Assembly (NCBI GenBank): GCA_951406725.2
Contig: OX597814.1
Span: 116,870,001-116,934,000 of the forward strand
From: Octopus vulgaris
Lineage: Eukaryota
Length of the DNA: 64,000 nt
Direction of reading: 5' to 3'
Shown: positions 27,170 through 41,342 of the stretch, piece after piece
Numbering within the stretch: the stretch's first letter is position 1
Layout of the letters: every line of letters begins with the position of its first letter
Position numbers and translations under genes: made by a program
The notes under the pieces: generated by a model
The model's database searches: none
What the model saw: the letters and a program-made list of their open reading frames with translations, nothing else
What the model was told of the DNA's origin: nothing

Positions 27170-27562
27170 TCTTTATATATAAAAGTGAGGGTGTGTGTCT
27201 GTCTCCTACGATTTAGATTCCTAACTACTCCCACATTTTGCGGTGCAGTTTAACCAAAACCGGGTATCTTATAGTCGTGATTCATATCGAAACCGTCTGG
27301 GTATTAGCGCGCGTCTACGATGAGTCTACGATTTAAAAAAAAATTTACCATAAATTTTTCCCATTTTTAATCCATTTTTGACATATATAAGGGAAGTAAC
27401 TCTCTAAAATTTATTATTAAATCTCAGAATGTAAAAAGCTACAGTAACACCCCCCCCTTTGTGGTTAGCCATATTGAGATGGCTATTATACTTTACATCT
27501 CTAAAAATGCTTATATAATTATTTCCCTTACAAACCCGAGCAACGCCGGGCGATACTGCTAG
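27170..27562 (+). mobile_element. Non-autonomous Helitron
   Basis: A|TC 5' end, subterminal hairpin cccgagcaacgccggg (27535-27550), CTAG|T 3' end, no TSD. Confidence 0.85.
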
Positions 27563-27599
27563 TATATATATATATATATATACATACATGTGTCCAATA

Positions 27600-27785
27600 T
27601 TTCGGGGGCAAAAAGTTGTCCACATTTCTATCATTAGCTTAAATGGTAACGATAATAAGTTAGTTGTTGCTTCTACATTTGTCAATATGTGCTACTGTTG
27701 ATAGGAATGTGAGCAACTTAAGAATTAAGGAAGCCTTACTCATACAGAAATATAAACTGCAAATAAATAATATATTTGAATTGCA
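27600..27785 (+). pseudogene. C-terminal GIY-YIG endonuclease remnant of a Penelope-like element
   Basis: LRIKEALLIQKYKLQIN resembles the L.IKE.L.I....P.LN motif. Confidence 0.55.
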
Positions 27786-27864
27786 ATTCACCCGAGGCTA
27801 TAGTAGAAGAAAGCTTTCCAATATGACACACATTGGGATTGAATCCGGAACCAAATGTTAGCAT

Positions 27865-28636
27865 TATCTTCTTGCGCAAGGGGACTATTTCGAAGGAGAT
27901 GACATCTTGCGACTTGCTCTGGAACTTAATACCACTGTTAAAACGGTGATCTCTGCACTCCATTTTCATCGGAAAAGTAATTGATGGCAGCCTTCAGATG
28001 CCAAATCTGGTGGAAACGGCGAGTGCGGACGCTATACCATGTAATTGGCGAGAAACATACGAGTGAGAATATCTCGGTGAAGAATCCAATTCTTCGCGCT
28101 CCACAGCATCGGTGGCTTTCACCGAATGTCCCCCCCTCCTCAAACGGTTTAAAACGCCGCAGTAGAGCCCTCGATTGACGATCTGGTTTTGGAGGACGAA
28201 TTCTTGATGCAGATTACTAGATTTCCACGTACGACGCTCGTTTCATGTCTTTCACATCCCTCATTGTCTTCCTGAGAAGTTCTGCTTTTGAAGCACACGT
28301 GCCACTCAAAACATTGCCTACAACCCATTGTCTCACCGCTGTAAGCCTGCTCAATCATGATCAATGTCTCTGTAACAGAATTCCCAAATTTAACGCAAAC
28401 ATTCACGTTGCCATTTTTTTTCCAATTTCCTGCCCAAGACAAGATCTCAGACTACAACATACACATGATCACAAGAACACAAATATCACAACTTCAGAAA
28501 TAAAGACAGCGATGTCACTCGCCACAGTACCTCATTATGGTCACAGCTAGTTCTCACTGTGCAAGCAACCGTGGGGTGCCTTGTCTTGGTACGCTGTAGA
28601 ACTAGTCCGGGAACATTTTGTTACCACTTCTTATAC
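27865..28636 (-). mobile_element. Mariner relic (5' TIR and HTH region)
   Basis: CVKFGNSVTETLIMIEQAYSGETMGCRQCFEWH..FKS resembles the mariner N-terminal HTH; TIR at 28600-28636. Confidence 0.85.
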
Positions 28637-28680
28637 ATGCATACACACACGTATGTATGTGTATGTATGTATGTATGTAT

Positions 28681-28739
<59 letters not shown>

Positions 28740-28836
28740 TATTTATAAATAAGCACGAAAGGCTTTCTGAGTTACAGGGAGAAAGCTACACTGCAAGGCA
28801 TATAGTATAATAACTGTATGTAATATATCATTATGG

Positions 28837-28867
<31 letters not shown>

Positions 28868-30419
28868 ATAAATTGAACAACATCCATACTGTCTCCATAC
28901 CTTATTTTTTTTTTCAGTTTAGAAGAAATTATGCATACATGTTTGTATTAATATGTTTGCTCAGCATTACACAATATTTTGTATATTCACGAGTAACAGC
29001 GATAAAGAAAGGCAGCTCATCGTTCCATAGGAAAACCATGGTTACAGTCAGGATCTTCATTTAAAGTATAGAGGGAGAGGTACTTCAAATTCAGGGTCCC
29101 CTTATACACATGAATTAAAATCTTGGAAAATTACCAAATTTAAATGTCAAATCCTGTGTCTGACTTGTAATTAAATTTCATGTGTTAGCAGAGGAAATTT
29201 GAATAAACGTCTGAAATTGTTCTATAGATACACATTTCAAAATTCTAATTTCGTTTTTCACACATTAACTTTGGAGGTTTGACATTTCCTTCACTTTGAG
29301 AAGAACTCTGAAGGAGGGAAGAGGTGGGGGGTGTTTAGCTATTTTAATGCAAATTACACATTTTCAAAAAGTTGAATAACAGTAAAGTGAGACAAATTTA
29401 AGGAAAAGAAAATATAGCATTTTAAGCAGTATGAACATTTGTCTCTGTGGACACACACACACACACACACACATATTTCAAAAGACATATTTCGTCATTG
29501 TTTTGTAATGCATGTAAAAAATGAAGACCGATGCCAAAATGGGCTAATTCCAACTTATATGGGACAGTTGCTACCAAAGACCGCTTAACTAGTTCGAAGT
29601 AGGAATTTGGTGGGGCACAATGAGTAACATGTAACGCATTTTTCTATATTCATTAAAACATTATAACAAAATTTGAACTCTATTTCAGAAAATTTATTCC
29701 GTGTTCTATGAACATAATGAAAAGAAAATTTTGATGGGGTAAAATGAGTAAAAGAAAACTAGAGTTATTTACCGGAAAAGATTCATACGCATCAGTATCT
29801 ACCCTTGGACTTTGCAAAGATTTAAAAAATCAACAAAAATTTTAAATATATGAGTCAAATGATAGATCATGGAGAAATGACATATAACATGAAATTAACA
29901 AAACTCGACGAAATCTAAAACTTCAACATACAATGTTTTCTATAGCTTCTACCAAGTCTACTGGAGTGGTTCTCTTAATGATATATTTAGCACTAAGCAA
30001 TTAAAGATAATAGATTCTTAAAATTAGTCAATATTCATTTTGCCCCAATATAGAAAATTTTTTGAAAATTGAAAATTATGATATTAGATTTAAGTGTGGG
30101 GAAACAAATTATCTATGAACTCAGCAGAGAAATATTCTTTATCAAATAGCAAAAGTTATGCAGATATTTTATTAGCAACCTCAATTAGAATCAACTCAGA
30201 GTTGAGAAAAAATTCTCGAATAAAAATGTACCTGTCACATGAATGTATCAAACTCTAAGCTTCAAACACCATGCTGGCCAATTTTTAACTCCAATGATGA
30301 TGCAATAGTGGAAATGGTTATGCATTACTTGCAATGTAAGACTTTCAGGCGAGAAAGTGACTAGAAACAGGAAATTACTCATTCTACCCAGGATAATAGT
30401 TTTATCCGTTAACAAATTA

Positions 30420-30926
30420 ATCTTTTCTACAATAAGCACAAGGCCTGAAACTGTGGGGGAAAGGAGAAGTCGATTACATGGACTCTAGTACCCAACTGGT
30501 ACTTGATTGATCGATTCCGAAATGATGAACGGCAAAGTCGACTTCGGCGCAATTTGAACTCAGAACGTAGCGGCAGGCGAAATACCTATTTCCTATTTGT
30601 TTACTACCCACAAAGGGCTAAACACAGTGAGGACAAACAAGGACAGGCAAACGGATTAAGTCGATTATAATTGGTACTTATTAAATCGACCCCGAAAGGA
30701 TGAAAGGCGAAGTCGACCTCGGCGGAATTTGAACTCAGAACGTAGCGGCAGACGAAATACCTATTTCTTAACTAACCACAAGGGGCTAAACACAGAGGGG
30801 GCAAATAAGGACAGGCAAACGGATTCAGTCGATTACATCGAAACCAGTACGTAACTGGTACTTAATCTATCGACCCCGAAAGGTTGAAAGGCAAAGTAGA
30901 CCTCGGCGGAATTTGAACTGAGAACG
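30420..30926 (-). mobile_element. Head-to-tail trimer of 5'-truncated SINE family B units
   Basis: Three repeats of cgaaaggatgaaaggcaaagtcgacctcggcggaatttgaactcagaacg. Confidence 0.85.
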
Positions 30927-30959
30927 ATTTAAGACTCTTATATATTTTAAATGATATTT

Positions 30960-31640
30960 TAAATGATATCTCAATTGATAACTGTATACTGGAATCATTT
31001 TGCATAAAATTCATTTTGACTTACATATCACTCCTACATAGTATATTATATATTTAACTAGAAAGATAAGATCTAACTAGCTATGATTATAATTTTCTCT
31101 CTCTGATGGTACTATTTAATACTTATTGATTTAAATTATTTGATTTATTTCTATTGGACCATATTATTAATAAATTAAATTTTGCTCTATTTTTATCCCC
31201 ATTTCTTAGTCTATTTTTTAACCCATTACAAATATTAGTTAGTTAAATCTCTTAATTTCTTTTACACTAAAAATTAATTCTGCTAATCCCAGACCTATCG
31301 TAGTGTATTGTGATGTGTTATAATATAATAAAATAAAATAATATAATATAGTGTAGTGTATTATAGTATAGTATAATAATAATATAATTGTTTAATTTCA
31401 TTTAAAAACAACCCCTTTCCTTTCTAATGACCTCTTTGTAACCTGACAATCTATTAATAGTAACATTTATAAATAAAGAAATAAATTGTTGACCTCAGTT
31501 CGAATTTTGTTCTAAACAAGCTTAGATTTTTCTGTTAGTATCAACTTGTGCCCATCCCCTTAGCTTCCCCTTTCCTTTCTCTTTGATAGCTTAAATAGCA
31601 GTAACTGATTAAATTTCTACTTCCTTCCTCCTCTTTCTGT
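30960..31640 (-). pseudogene. Very degraded Penelope-like GIY-YIG region
   Basis: Minus-strand fragments ISYC, GLAE.IF and KW.I..RA appear in the expected order. Confidence 0.3.
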
Positions 31641-32092
31641 GATTCTTGTAAAATTCATTAACAACCTGAACCGCTACAATATAAGACTGTCATTTTGCTT
31701 CTCATTCGGATTCCCTGATATTTTTCGCATGATTGTACCCTAAATCTCTTCACAAAACTGGATTATGAACTATAAGGACATACACATATTTTGTAAGTTC
31801 AAGACTTTTTCATCGGATCTCCAAAAATCGAACTTATCTGCGATTCTTGTAAATTTCAATAACAATCTGTTCCTCTACACGATATGACAGTCACTTTGCT
31901 TTTACTCAGACTTTCCTCTACATGATATGGCAGTCACTTTGCCTCTTACTCGGATTTTCAGAAATTTTGCATGACTGTATCCGAAAATTTCTTCACACAA
32001 CTTGATCAAATATTCAATATGAGCTATATGTAGACATGCATAAATTCTGTAGGTTTAAAACCTTTCATCGGATCTCCATGAATCGAACTTTC
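31640..32092. repeat. Diverged tandem duplication (about 200-250 bp unit)
   Basis: gattcttgtaaa...ttcatcggatctcca..aatcgaactt occurs twice. Confidence 0.7.
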
Positions 32093-32276
32093 TTCAATGC
32101 AGCTAATCTTACAACCTCTTTTGTATCTACCCCTTTTGATGTTTGGGAATTCTCTGATGTTTTTTCGGCTGACGAGTACGAGCCATCTGTATTCACTGCA
32201 TTTTTTGTAGCTTATTAAAGATGTCCTCGTACGAAACGATCGTACCGAGATTTTAATCCATTCTTGTTGCTTTTTT

Positions 32277-32311
<35 letters not shown>

Positions 32312-32315
32312 GTAT

Positions 32316-32508
32316 CAAAGCTGGACCTGTCCTATCAAGAGTCCAAGATGAAACTACCTCACGGCAAGAGGAGCAAATGAGAGTAGCTACATCAAACTCC
32401 CTTCTTCATTCAAGTGTCACATATTGTAGGAGGTTTTCAGTAATAACAGCGTAGCAAAACGGTGGTGCATCAGTATGGACGCAGCTCTGATTGGAAACTA
32501 CAGCAAAA
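32316..32508 (+). mobile_element. Old 5'-truncated 3' end of the CR1/L2-group LINE family
   Basis: Aligns by eye with 45870-46055 (KLDL...PDEPTSRQE...SNSL and the 3' UTR). Confidence 0.75.
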
Positions 32509-32794
32509 AATATATATGAGAATTACGATATAAAATCAAAGTAGGCAATAATCTTTATATACATACTCATACGGCTATAAATTCGACTTAAGATGCCTGT
32601 CCATATCTTAATACATATCAACATATATGAATAAAAAAAATTAAATATAAATATACATAGAAATACATGTAAATGAAACCATGTAGCATATATATGTATT
32701 ACAAAATATATGACATATATTATATAACTTATATACCATTTATATATTTAAAAATAAAACACATTCACACACACACACATATATATATATATAT

Positions 32795-32892
<98 letters not shown>

Positions 32893-33029
32893 AAATATGA
32901 ATTAGAGATAATATTTTATATATTTGTACTGTGAAATTTGATTTAATCCTAAATTTAACTTTTCCCTGTAAGTTTGGAGCCATACTCCCTAATAATATAT
33001 ATATATATACCTGTATGTTGTGTATGTAT

Positions 33030-35088
33030 ATATTAAAGGTGAAAGTGAGTCACCTTGAAAAATTCCACAGTTGATGTTAATATTTTCTGAGGCAAGTACT
33101 CCATTAGAGTGGTATAATTGGAGATTTGTATTCCACAACGACATATTGTGCTTCAGGAAGTTTGAAATCACAGGAGAAATTTTGAAGATGTCCAGCGATC
33201 TCAAGATCCATGGATGCGGTATACTGTCGAAGGCCTTTTTATAATCAATCCATGCGGAGCTGAGATTTCTGCGCTTGTTGTGACAGTTCTCAAGGATCAT
33301 ACGATTGATTAGCAGTTGATCTTTGCATCCGTTTGAGCCTCGGCGGCACCCTTTTTGTTCAATAGGGAAAATATCGTTCTTCTCCATGAATGCATATGTT
33401 TTCTCCGCCAGGATAGATGTTAGGATTTTATACGTGGTGGATAAACAGGTTATGGGCCGATAGTTTTTTTGGAAGGTTGGTTTCGTTATTCTTTGGGAGT
33501 AGGTAAGTAATACCACTTGCTAACCATTCAGGTGTTTTCTTTGGGTCTCTCATTATTCCATTGAGCAGCTAAACTAGCTTACCGTCTGCGTATGGGAGCA
33601 ATGCGAGCCAGAAATTTGGCACCCTATCTTTACCGGGGGATTTCCAATTATGGGCCTTCGTGAGTGCCTTTCTTAGGTCTGCTATTGTGATGTCTTCCCA
33701 TGCTTGTTGTAAATTTTGGTAGGATCCTTCAGTTTGTATAATCCAGTCTGCATTTATGTTGTACGTCTTCTTGTCACTCCAAATCCTTTTTCCAAAAGTT
33801 TTGAACTTCTTCCATGGTTATTCTCTCCTTCCCTATTTCTCTGTAGAATTTTTTGGCATTGGATGTGAACAGCTTATTTCGCTTGTAAAACTTGTTTATC
33901 TTCTCAAATCTTCGTATTCTTTGGGCTTTTGCTTGGACTTTTTGTTTCAGCGTTTCTTTTATTGATATCAGTTCTTCTCTTAGTGAGGATCCAAATTTTC
34001 TCTTCATCTTTCTTCCTGTTCTGGATCTTACATCATTTCCACATATTAGTTCATTTAATATTTTTCAATATTACTTCTCCAGGTTTGATTTCTTCCCAGG
34101 TTTGGCTTTCTTTGTTTTTTCGGGGACATACAGCTGGTTTCAATTGCCCTAGCAGAAGCGTAAATAATTTCATTTAACTCAGTAAAATCAGGTTTTAATT
34201 CTTGTATTATTTCATTTGTTACATAGTTGCCAATTTGGATTTGTTCTTTATTTTGATTTGTATTTGAGAGTTTATGAAGTGGTTCTCTATCATTCATACT
34301 TGTATGTCTTACAACTTCAAGCGTATTCAGGATTTTCTGCCTCATTTCTACCATAGACTCTCTGTGTTCAGCAAATGCGAGATCTTCAGTTACTGTTGTT
34401 TTATCGTTTTCCTGGCTATCTTTAACATGTACAATAGAATTCCTTGTATCTTCAGGCCTTTGCGTACTTTGGTCAGATGGCAGTCTTTCAATTAAGCCTC
34501 GTGGCGGGCTATACTGTTCATCTGATTCTTCATTTCCTTTGTGTCTTATACTTATGTCATTTTCCGTTGCGTGCTTGATCGCGCTTATTTCACTGTCTGT
34601 GAGTCTGTTATTTCTAAGGATATCCCACCTCACATTTGCCAATTTGTTCTCGTCCAAATAGGGCCTACTGTCTTTATTCCGTGTTCTCCATATACTGTAA
34701 GAGTTTGCGGTGTGTCTCTCTTGAGATGGCCTACCTAATGCATAGTAATAAGCGTATATTACTTCTTTATACTCTTCTCGGGTCCATTTGTTCCGCTTAC
34801 ATTTTTCTTTCTGTGGTGGTTGTGGTGGTGAACTTGGAGGGCTCGAGTTGGGGGATTTCCCGTTCAAGTGACCATCCATGTCCGTATTCGGAGAAGAGTT
34901 TGTGCCAGTTGATGACTTTTCGATCCCAGGCTGGCTCTTCCCTGGGGGACGCGTTTTCCAGATTAACCATAGGACAAGCGATTTGGTATACTGATTTAGT
35001 TTTCCTTTTAGTTTCCAAAAACATTTTGGTGCTACGATAATGTTATCAATTTTGAGCTTTGATTGGCCTGGGGAGACGGCCATCATTG
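33030..35088 (-). mobile_element. R4/Dong-clade non-LTR retrotransposon, 5' half (frameshifted ORF)
   Basis: KWTREE N-terminus; NYRPITCL, EQKGCRR, WIDYKKAFDS and GIFQGDSLSPL RT motifs; no APE domain upstream of RT. Confidence 0.85.
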
Positions 35089-35646
35089 CCGTTACAATTA
35101 TAATCGTACCATTATAGCAGCCGCAGTCGGCTTATTATTGTTATTATCATCACCATTATTATCACTATCATCATTATCACCACCATTACCATCATCATTA
35201 TCATCATCACCATCACCATCACCACCATCATCATCAATGATATTGTTTTATGTGTAGTCACAGCAGTATCTTATTATTGTTATCTTTGTTTTTTATCATT
35301 ATCATCATCACAGTAGTGACTGTCTGTCTCGTTGGCTGGCTTGCTTGGTGGTTGGCTGGCTGACTGTCTTCAACGCCAGAGTTCTTGCCAGTCAAATAAT
35401 ACTTTCATATTTGGTTAACAATAGAGGTGAGGTTTGTGTTGGTTGAACTCTTTGAGTGTATGCGTGTGTGTGTGTAGATAGATAGGTAGATTATCAGCAC
35501 TATTACTATCATTATTATCATCATCACCATCAACACCATCAGTGATTTTTTTTTCTTTTTCTTTTTTTTTTCTTTATTTTAGGTGGGGTCCTATCGGTCA
35601 AAAAAAGTTGAGATGTTTACTACTATTAAACTTGAGAAAAATTAAG

Positions 35647-36548
35647 GAAGGGCTGTTCTGTATTGTTTGTGAATAGAGAAGTTGTGTTCGACCAGAGAGA
35701 ATCTTAGCATCATTATTTTTTTCCATGTGCGTTTGTGTTATTGCAATAAAAAGTGTTTGTATATTTCGTGTAAGGTAATATTGTGGAGGTTGAAGTTGAC
35801 TTTTCTAGAGATGTTTGTATGTCCAGTTAGAAGAACAGGTGTGTTTTTGCAATAAAAAGTATATGTTTACATTTATATTTGAATATTCGGGGAGGAAGCA
35901 AAGAAAAGTCAGATTTTCATAGAAAGTTTTAGGGTTTTGTAAGTCCACAAAAAGAAAAGCGTGATGTTTTTAGAGAGAAGAAAAAAAATAGGATGTTTAC
36001 AGAGGCAATTGTGGGTATTAAAGTTTTTAAAGCTGGTCGAATGTATGATTGAAAACTGTAGATATGTAAATTTGTAAATTTCTTAACTTATTTTGAAGGG
36101 CTGTTCTGTATTATTTGTGAATAGAGAAGTTGTGTTCGACCAGAGAGAATCTTAGCATCATTATTCATTTTCCATGTGCGTTTGTGTTATTGCAATAAAA
36201 AGTGTTTGTATATTTCGTGAAAGGTAATATTGTGGAGTTTGAAGTTGACTTTTCTAGAGATGTTTGTATGTCCAGTTAGAAGAACAGGTGTGTTTTTGCA
36301 ATAAAAAGTATATGTTTACATTTATATTTGAATATTCAGGGAGGAAGCAAAGAAAAGTCAGATTTTCATAGAAAGTTTTAGGGTTTTGTAAGTCCACAAA
36401 AAGAAAAGCGTGATGTTTTTAGAGAGAAGAAAAAAAATAGGATGTTTACAGAGGCAGTTGTGGGTATTAAAGTTTTTAAAGCTGATCAGATGTATGTTTG
36501 AAAGCTGTAGATATGTAAATTTGTAAATTTCTTAACTTATTTTGAAGA
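35647..36548. repeat. About 448-bp near-identical tandem duplication within a degraded, possibly Penelope N-terminal, region
   Basis: gaagggctgttctgtatt starts at 35647 and 36095; minus-strand IVVNIS and LARTL remnants nearby. Confidence 0.85.
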
Positions 36549-36716
36549 GAATTTTAAATACTCACGAGGCATTGTAGATGTTCCAGTCTTTGAGAGTTAT
36601 TCTTCCCCGTTGCTAAACTGGGTCATATTAGTGTTTCTATGGCTTTCAGCTACTGAATTGTCAGAGCAGTGAGGAATACGTCCAGCCGCTGTCAAGGCTG
36701 GCGCTCCTCCTCCTCC

Positions 36717-36789
<73 letters not shown>

Positions 36790-36790
<1 letters not shown>

Positions 36791-37300
36791 GTCATATTTA
36801 GAAATTATTTATCCCGTTCTAATAACTTCGGTTAAGACATATTTTGCCAGTGTTTGCTTCTACTTGAATAAAACTTTATATCTTTTAATTTTTAATATTG
36901 CAGTATTATAAATAAGTTTGATATTATGATATTATTATATATTTATATATACTTGAATTTTTTCTGCTTCCTGTTCTCCTTGTCCTTCTTCTATTTCTCT
37001 ATAACTTTAATATTATATAAATCTCTTTATGTCTTTTATTTAAGACACAAAATATACACCATCTGCTTCCTCTATATTGGTTTCTCGACTTATTATATAT
37101 TTATGAATATAAGTGTATTTCCGCCTTCATTTTTCCTTTTCTTTTTGTTTTTCACTTTTTATTACTCCTTCCCAATACCCTATCATATTATATTAATCTG
37201 TTCTTTTCTTTCTTTAAGATATTTATATACTCCCTTCTCCCCATATGTTAGTTTGAGTCCTTCTGTAATGGGTTCCTTTTTTGTATATTTGCTGTTAGTC
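36790..37300 (-). pseudogene. Degraded Penelope-like GIY-YIG endonuclease remnant
   Basis: Minus-strand ITEGLKLTY and YRGSRWCIFC resemble the G.TEG.FK.RY and Y..GS..C.LC motifs. Confidence 0.45.
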
Positions 37301-37353
37301 AACGATTTTCTATCCGTCATCTCAAAGTATATTTCTAGTCGGTATATCCTTAC

Positions 37354-37442
37354 TACATCTGAAGAGATTCATTAAATAACAATTTTAATTTTATAAATTA
37401 ATATTCTAAATATTGCTGAATCGAAACGTCTGTCAGAGATGT
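37354..37442 (+). ncRNA. Type I hammerhead motif with canonical core
   Basis: CTGAAGA(37359)-GATTCA...TGAATC-GAAAC-gtct-GTC; perfect 6-bp stem II, imperfect stem I. Confidence 0.6.
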
Positions 37443-37630
37443 TGTCATATTGTATAATTAATAATCTTATCAATTATCTCTCCATTCTCTCTTTATTCTT
37501 TATATATTCGATTAGACTGTTCCATTCAAAGAAATACTGGTTCAATAACTGATATTTGTGGGGAATTATTTCCTTAAAATAATAGGTATATACACACACA
37601 TATATATAAACATGTAGTATATATTCATAT

Positions 37631-37998
37631 GAAAGAAGAAACAGAAATGAAGATTTGTAAGTTAATAATTGTTTATTATTAAGAACAAATTAAGTATCAA
37701 CACTTACAGATGTTTCAATTTATATTCAGTAGATTAATTGAATATTAAATGCATATGACCTAAGCATAATATCTTCAGAGGGATAATAGTATACCCTAGG
37801 GTGTTTTATATATATGTTTGTGGTTTCATATAAAACGTTCAAGAGTATAATTTTTTGCCTCTGAAAAAATTACGCACATGTCATATGAATTTAATATTTA
37901 ATTAATTCATTGAGTATTAATTGAAACAAATGTAAGGGATGATTGATTTGTTGTCAACAAACAATTATTAAATTCTAATCTCCATTTTCTTTATGTTC
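37631..37998. mobile_element. Diverged inverted pseudo-LTR pair with hammerhead-like cores
   Basis: Arms about 37631-37800 and 37840-37998; CTGAAGA...GAAAC on minus (37778 to 37712) and CTGAAAA...GAAAC on plus (37861-37927). Confidence 0.65.
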
Positions 37999-38112
<114 letters not shown>

Positions 38113-38134
38113 CGTATATATATATTTTGGTTCT

Positions 38135-38445
38135 GGCGTGGCTGTAGGATAAGATATGTGCTCCCAAGCGCATGGTTGCTGGATCAGTCTCACTTCGTGA
38201 CTTCGTGACACCTTGGGTAAACCACAGCCTTGTGAGTGGATTTGGGAGACTGAAACTGGAAGAAGTGTGTTGTCTGTGTGTGTACGTGTGTGCGTGTTTG
38301 TGTCTGTGTTTGTCCCGCAAACATAGCTGTTTGGCGAAAGCGACTAACAGAAAAAAGTACCACACTTTACAATAGAAATAATACCTTGGTCGATACTTTC
38401 GACTAAAATTCTTTAAGACAATGCCGCAGCATTGCCGCAGTCTAT
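38135..38445 (+). mobile_element. SINE family A (degraded)
   Basis: ggcgtggctgt...ccttgtgagtggatttgg...gcagcattgccgcagtc. Confidence 0.8.
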
Positions 38446-39428
38446 TTATTTTGTGAGTGTGTGTATCAGTGTGTGTATGTATGTCTGTGTATGTATGTCT
38501 GTGTATGTGTGTATAAGTTTCCTTGTATGCATTTTGCGTCAGTGCCTGTATTTTGGAATGTATTTTAATATTTCGAAAACGTCGAAAACAGAAAAATGTA
38601 AAAGCACCAGCCATGAAACATTATTATTTAATGTGGCGGACATATGGAGATAAAACTTAATTATGATGGCGCCCAAAAATGTCTACATGATACCCTATTC
38701 AGTCAGTAAAATTATGTATCTGTGAGAAGCAAATTATTATATTTTGTGTATACTACATAAAGAGATAAGAATTTTCATGATATACATCAGTTTAATCATA
38801 CACCGTACACAAATATTATTTGTATGAAACATGTTTTATCAGAAAAAAATATCTGTTATTAACTAAGAGATTAAGGAAAAATAATACGCATCATAAATAC
38901 TTGATGAGCATAATGCATTTTCATTCAATATTCTTATTTCTTATGTATTTATCGTATCTAAATAGTTAATGAAGTTTTAATAGTCGTTATGTATTATATG
39001 AAAAAAGCTAATATGAAAATTTTATCTCGATATATTATGAATAAATGTTTTGTACAATATTTTCACATATTACAAAACATTTAATGACTTGATTACTTAG
39101 AGTTTTATATATCGTGAAATTAAATATATTGAGTTTTGTAGACCAAATATTTTAGAGTCATTTTACAGCCTAAAATATAGTGTGAACTAAGAGCTTTCTA
39201 GATTTTTAAAAGATCCTCACACGCACGCATGCACACACAGATACATACACAAACATAGAAGCATACAGACATGTATACACACAGAGACACGTCTGCATAT
39301 ATATATGCATATATGAATCTATGAATAAGCAAAAGTACGTGTCTGAATATATATGTCTTTATATACACGCGCGCACCCTCCACATAGACTCCTATACACA
39401 TGCATCCATTCATCAACCCATCCATCCA

Positions 39429-39566
<138 letters not shown>

Positions 39567-40629
39567 TGTGTGTGTGTGTGTATGTATGTGTGAGGGTGAG
39601 TATAAAGTAAACAACGTTTCGCGAAATGGAATTCCACACAATATAGTTCAACAATGCGGAAATTTTATACAATATGTGTGTGTGCATGCGTGTGTGTATG
39701 TTTGAAGCCAATCTGTCCACACAGAAGCCAGAAGCCGGGTTTACGGTAATATTGTATGCCTCCACTACTAGTTGTACATTTTCTTCCTTTTGCACACTCC
39801 AGCTGCCAACATTATACTTTTTATATAATTCCAAGCCCATAGGAACAGTTCTCAACCCTGAAATGCAATGCCCTCTAGCCTTAATTTTCTGTATCTCTCC
39901 TACTCCTTGTAAATCTGTTTTATAAATATACAAGTTGGTCCAAATGTAGGTTTATAGTTACTCAGCTATCTCTTTTGCATTCATATGTTAACAATGTAGA
40001 TCGTAATTATAAAATAAAATGAAACCATTATTCTATGCTAATTTAGTGAATTTTGTCAAGCTCCCTTTTCAGTTTGTAACATAGAAATTTAAAAGTAATA
40101 AAATGTTTTAAAAGTAATTTACAGTGCCTACGTGATTTGTGTCACCTTGTATAAATATCTATATGGCTATGTATCAATGTTCAGCTTCTAAATATTATAT
40201 ATATTATGCGGAGACCCCGTTCACATCAGACAGTAGTATAATATTTCCATCTGATGTAAGTTACCAACTCATTAAATTTGCAGTTGGGATAAAGTAGGTG
40301 CGAAGAAGGGAACGTGCTAAACATCAAAAGGTGCAAAAGTACTATCGAAGAATTAGGTTCTTGTGAGAAGGAAAGAGATGTAAAGAGTTAATAGTTCTTT
40401 CCCGTGGTAGCCTCTTCAAAGCCTGGGTGTAATAGGAACGAGCTGAAGAAGAGCGACCATGAACAACGGAGGCGCTGAGTCTAGAAAATGCAATTGCAGG
40501 TAGGTAGTAGAGGCGATATCTGAAACCCCATTCAAAACAGCGCTCCCACATAAAGATATATGTTGCACCACGCAATAAAATAATGCCAGCATTTGCAGGT
40601 ACTGCAGCAGCAGGTATATGTAGAACTAA

Positions 40630-40789
<160 letters not shown>

Positions 40790-41342
40790 AGATGGCGCTG
40801 AACTAACAACAAGTGTGTGTTAACGTGTCTCTCCTAAAGATTAAAGAAGTCCTTCCAGAGATCGATGTTATCAGAAGCGAAATTGTCTGCAAAGCGAAAA
40901 TAAGTGAGAGTACAACAAGTCACTGTATTTGAGAAGAATATTTTCGCTTTTGATATAGTATTTGCAACTAGAACATACCTCGTGTTAAAAAGCACGTGTG
41001 TTACTTCCCGAAATCGAAGCGAATTTTATTCTTTGTCTGTGAATCAACAAGACACAGTATTTTTGAGAAGGATATTTTCGTTTTTGATGTAGTATATCTG
41101 CGTGTTCTGAAAGCCTCTGAAAAATTTGCTGCTTAATACCAAATCGCTTAGGAAAATATAGAAAGTATCGTTAAATTCTTTGCATGTACGAAATCGGAAC
41201 TCTAATTCCTTTTGTTTACAAAATACGATTAAGGAATATAAAAGGTCTATCTTATCTATCTATCTTCCTTTCTTATAAAAAGGAATCACGTAAGTATTCT
41301 CTCAGCCGGTAAGGTAAGGAAGATATTATTTATTTATTATCA

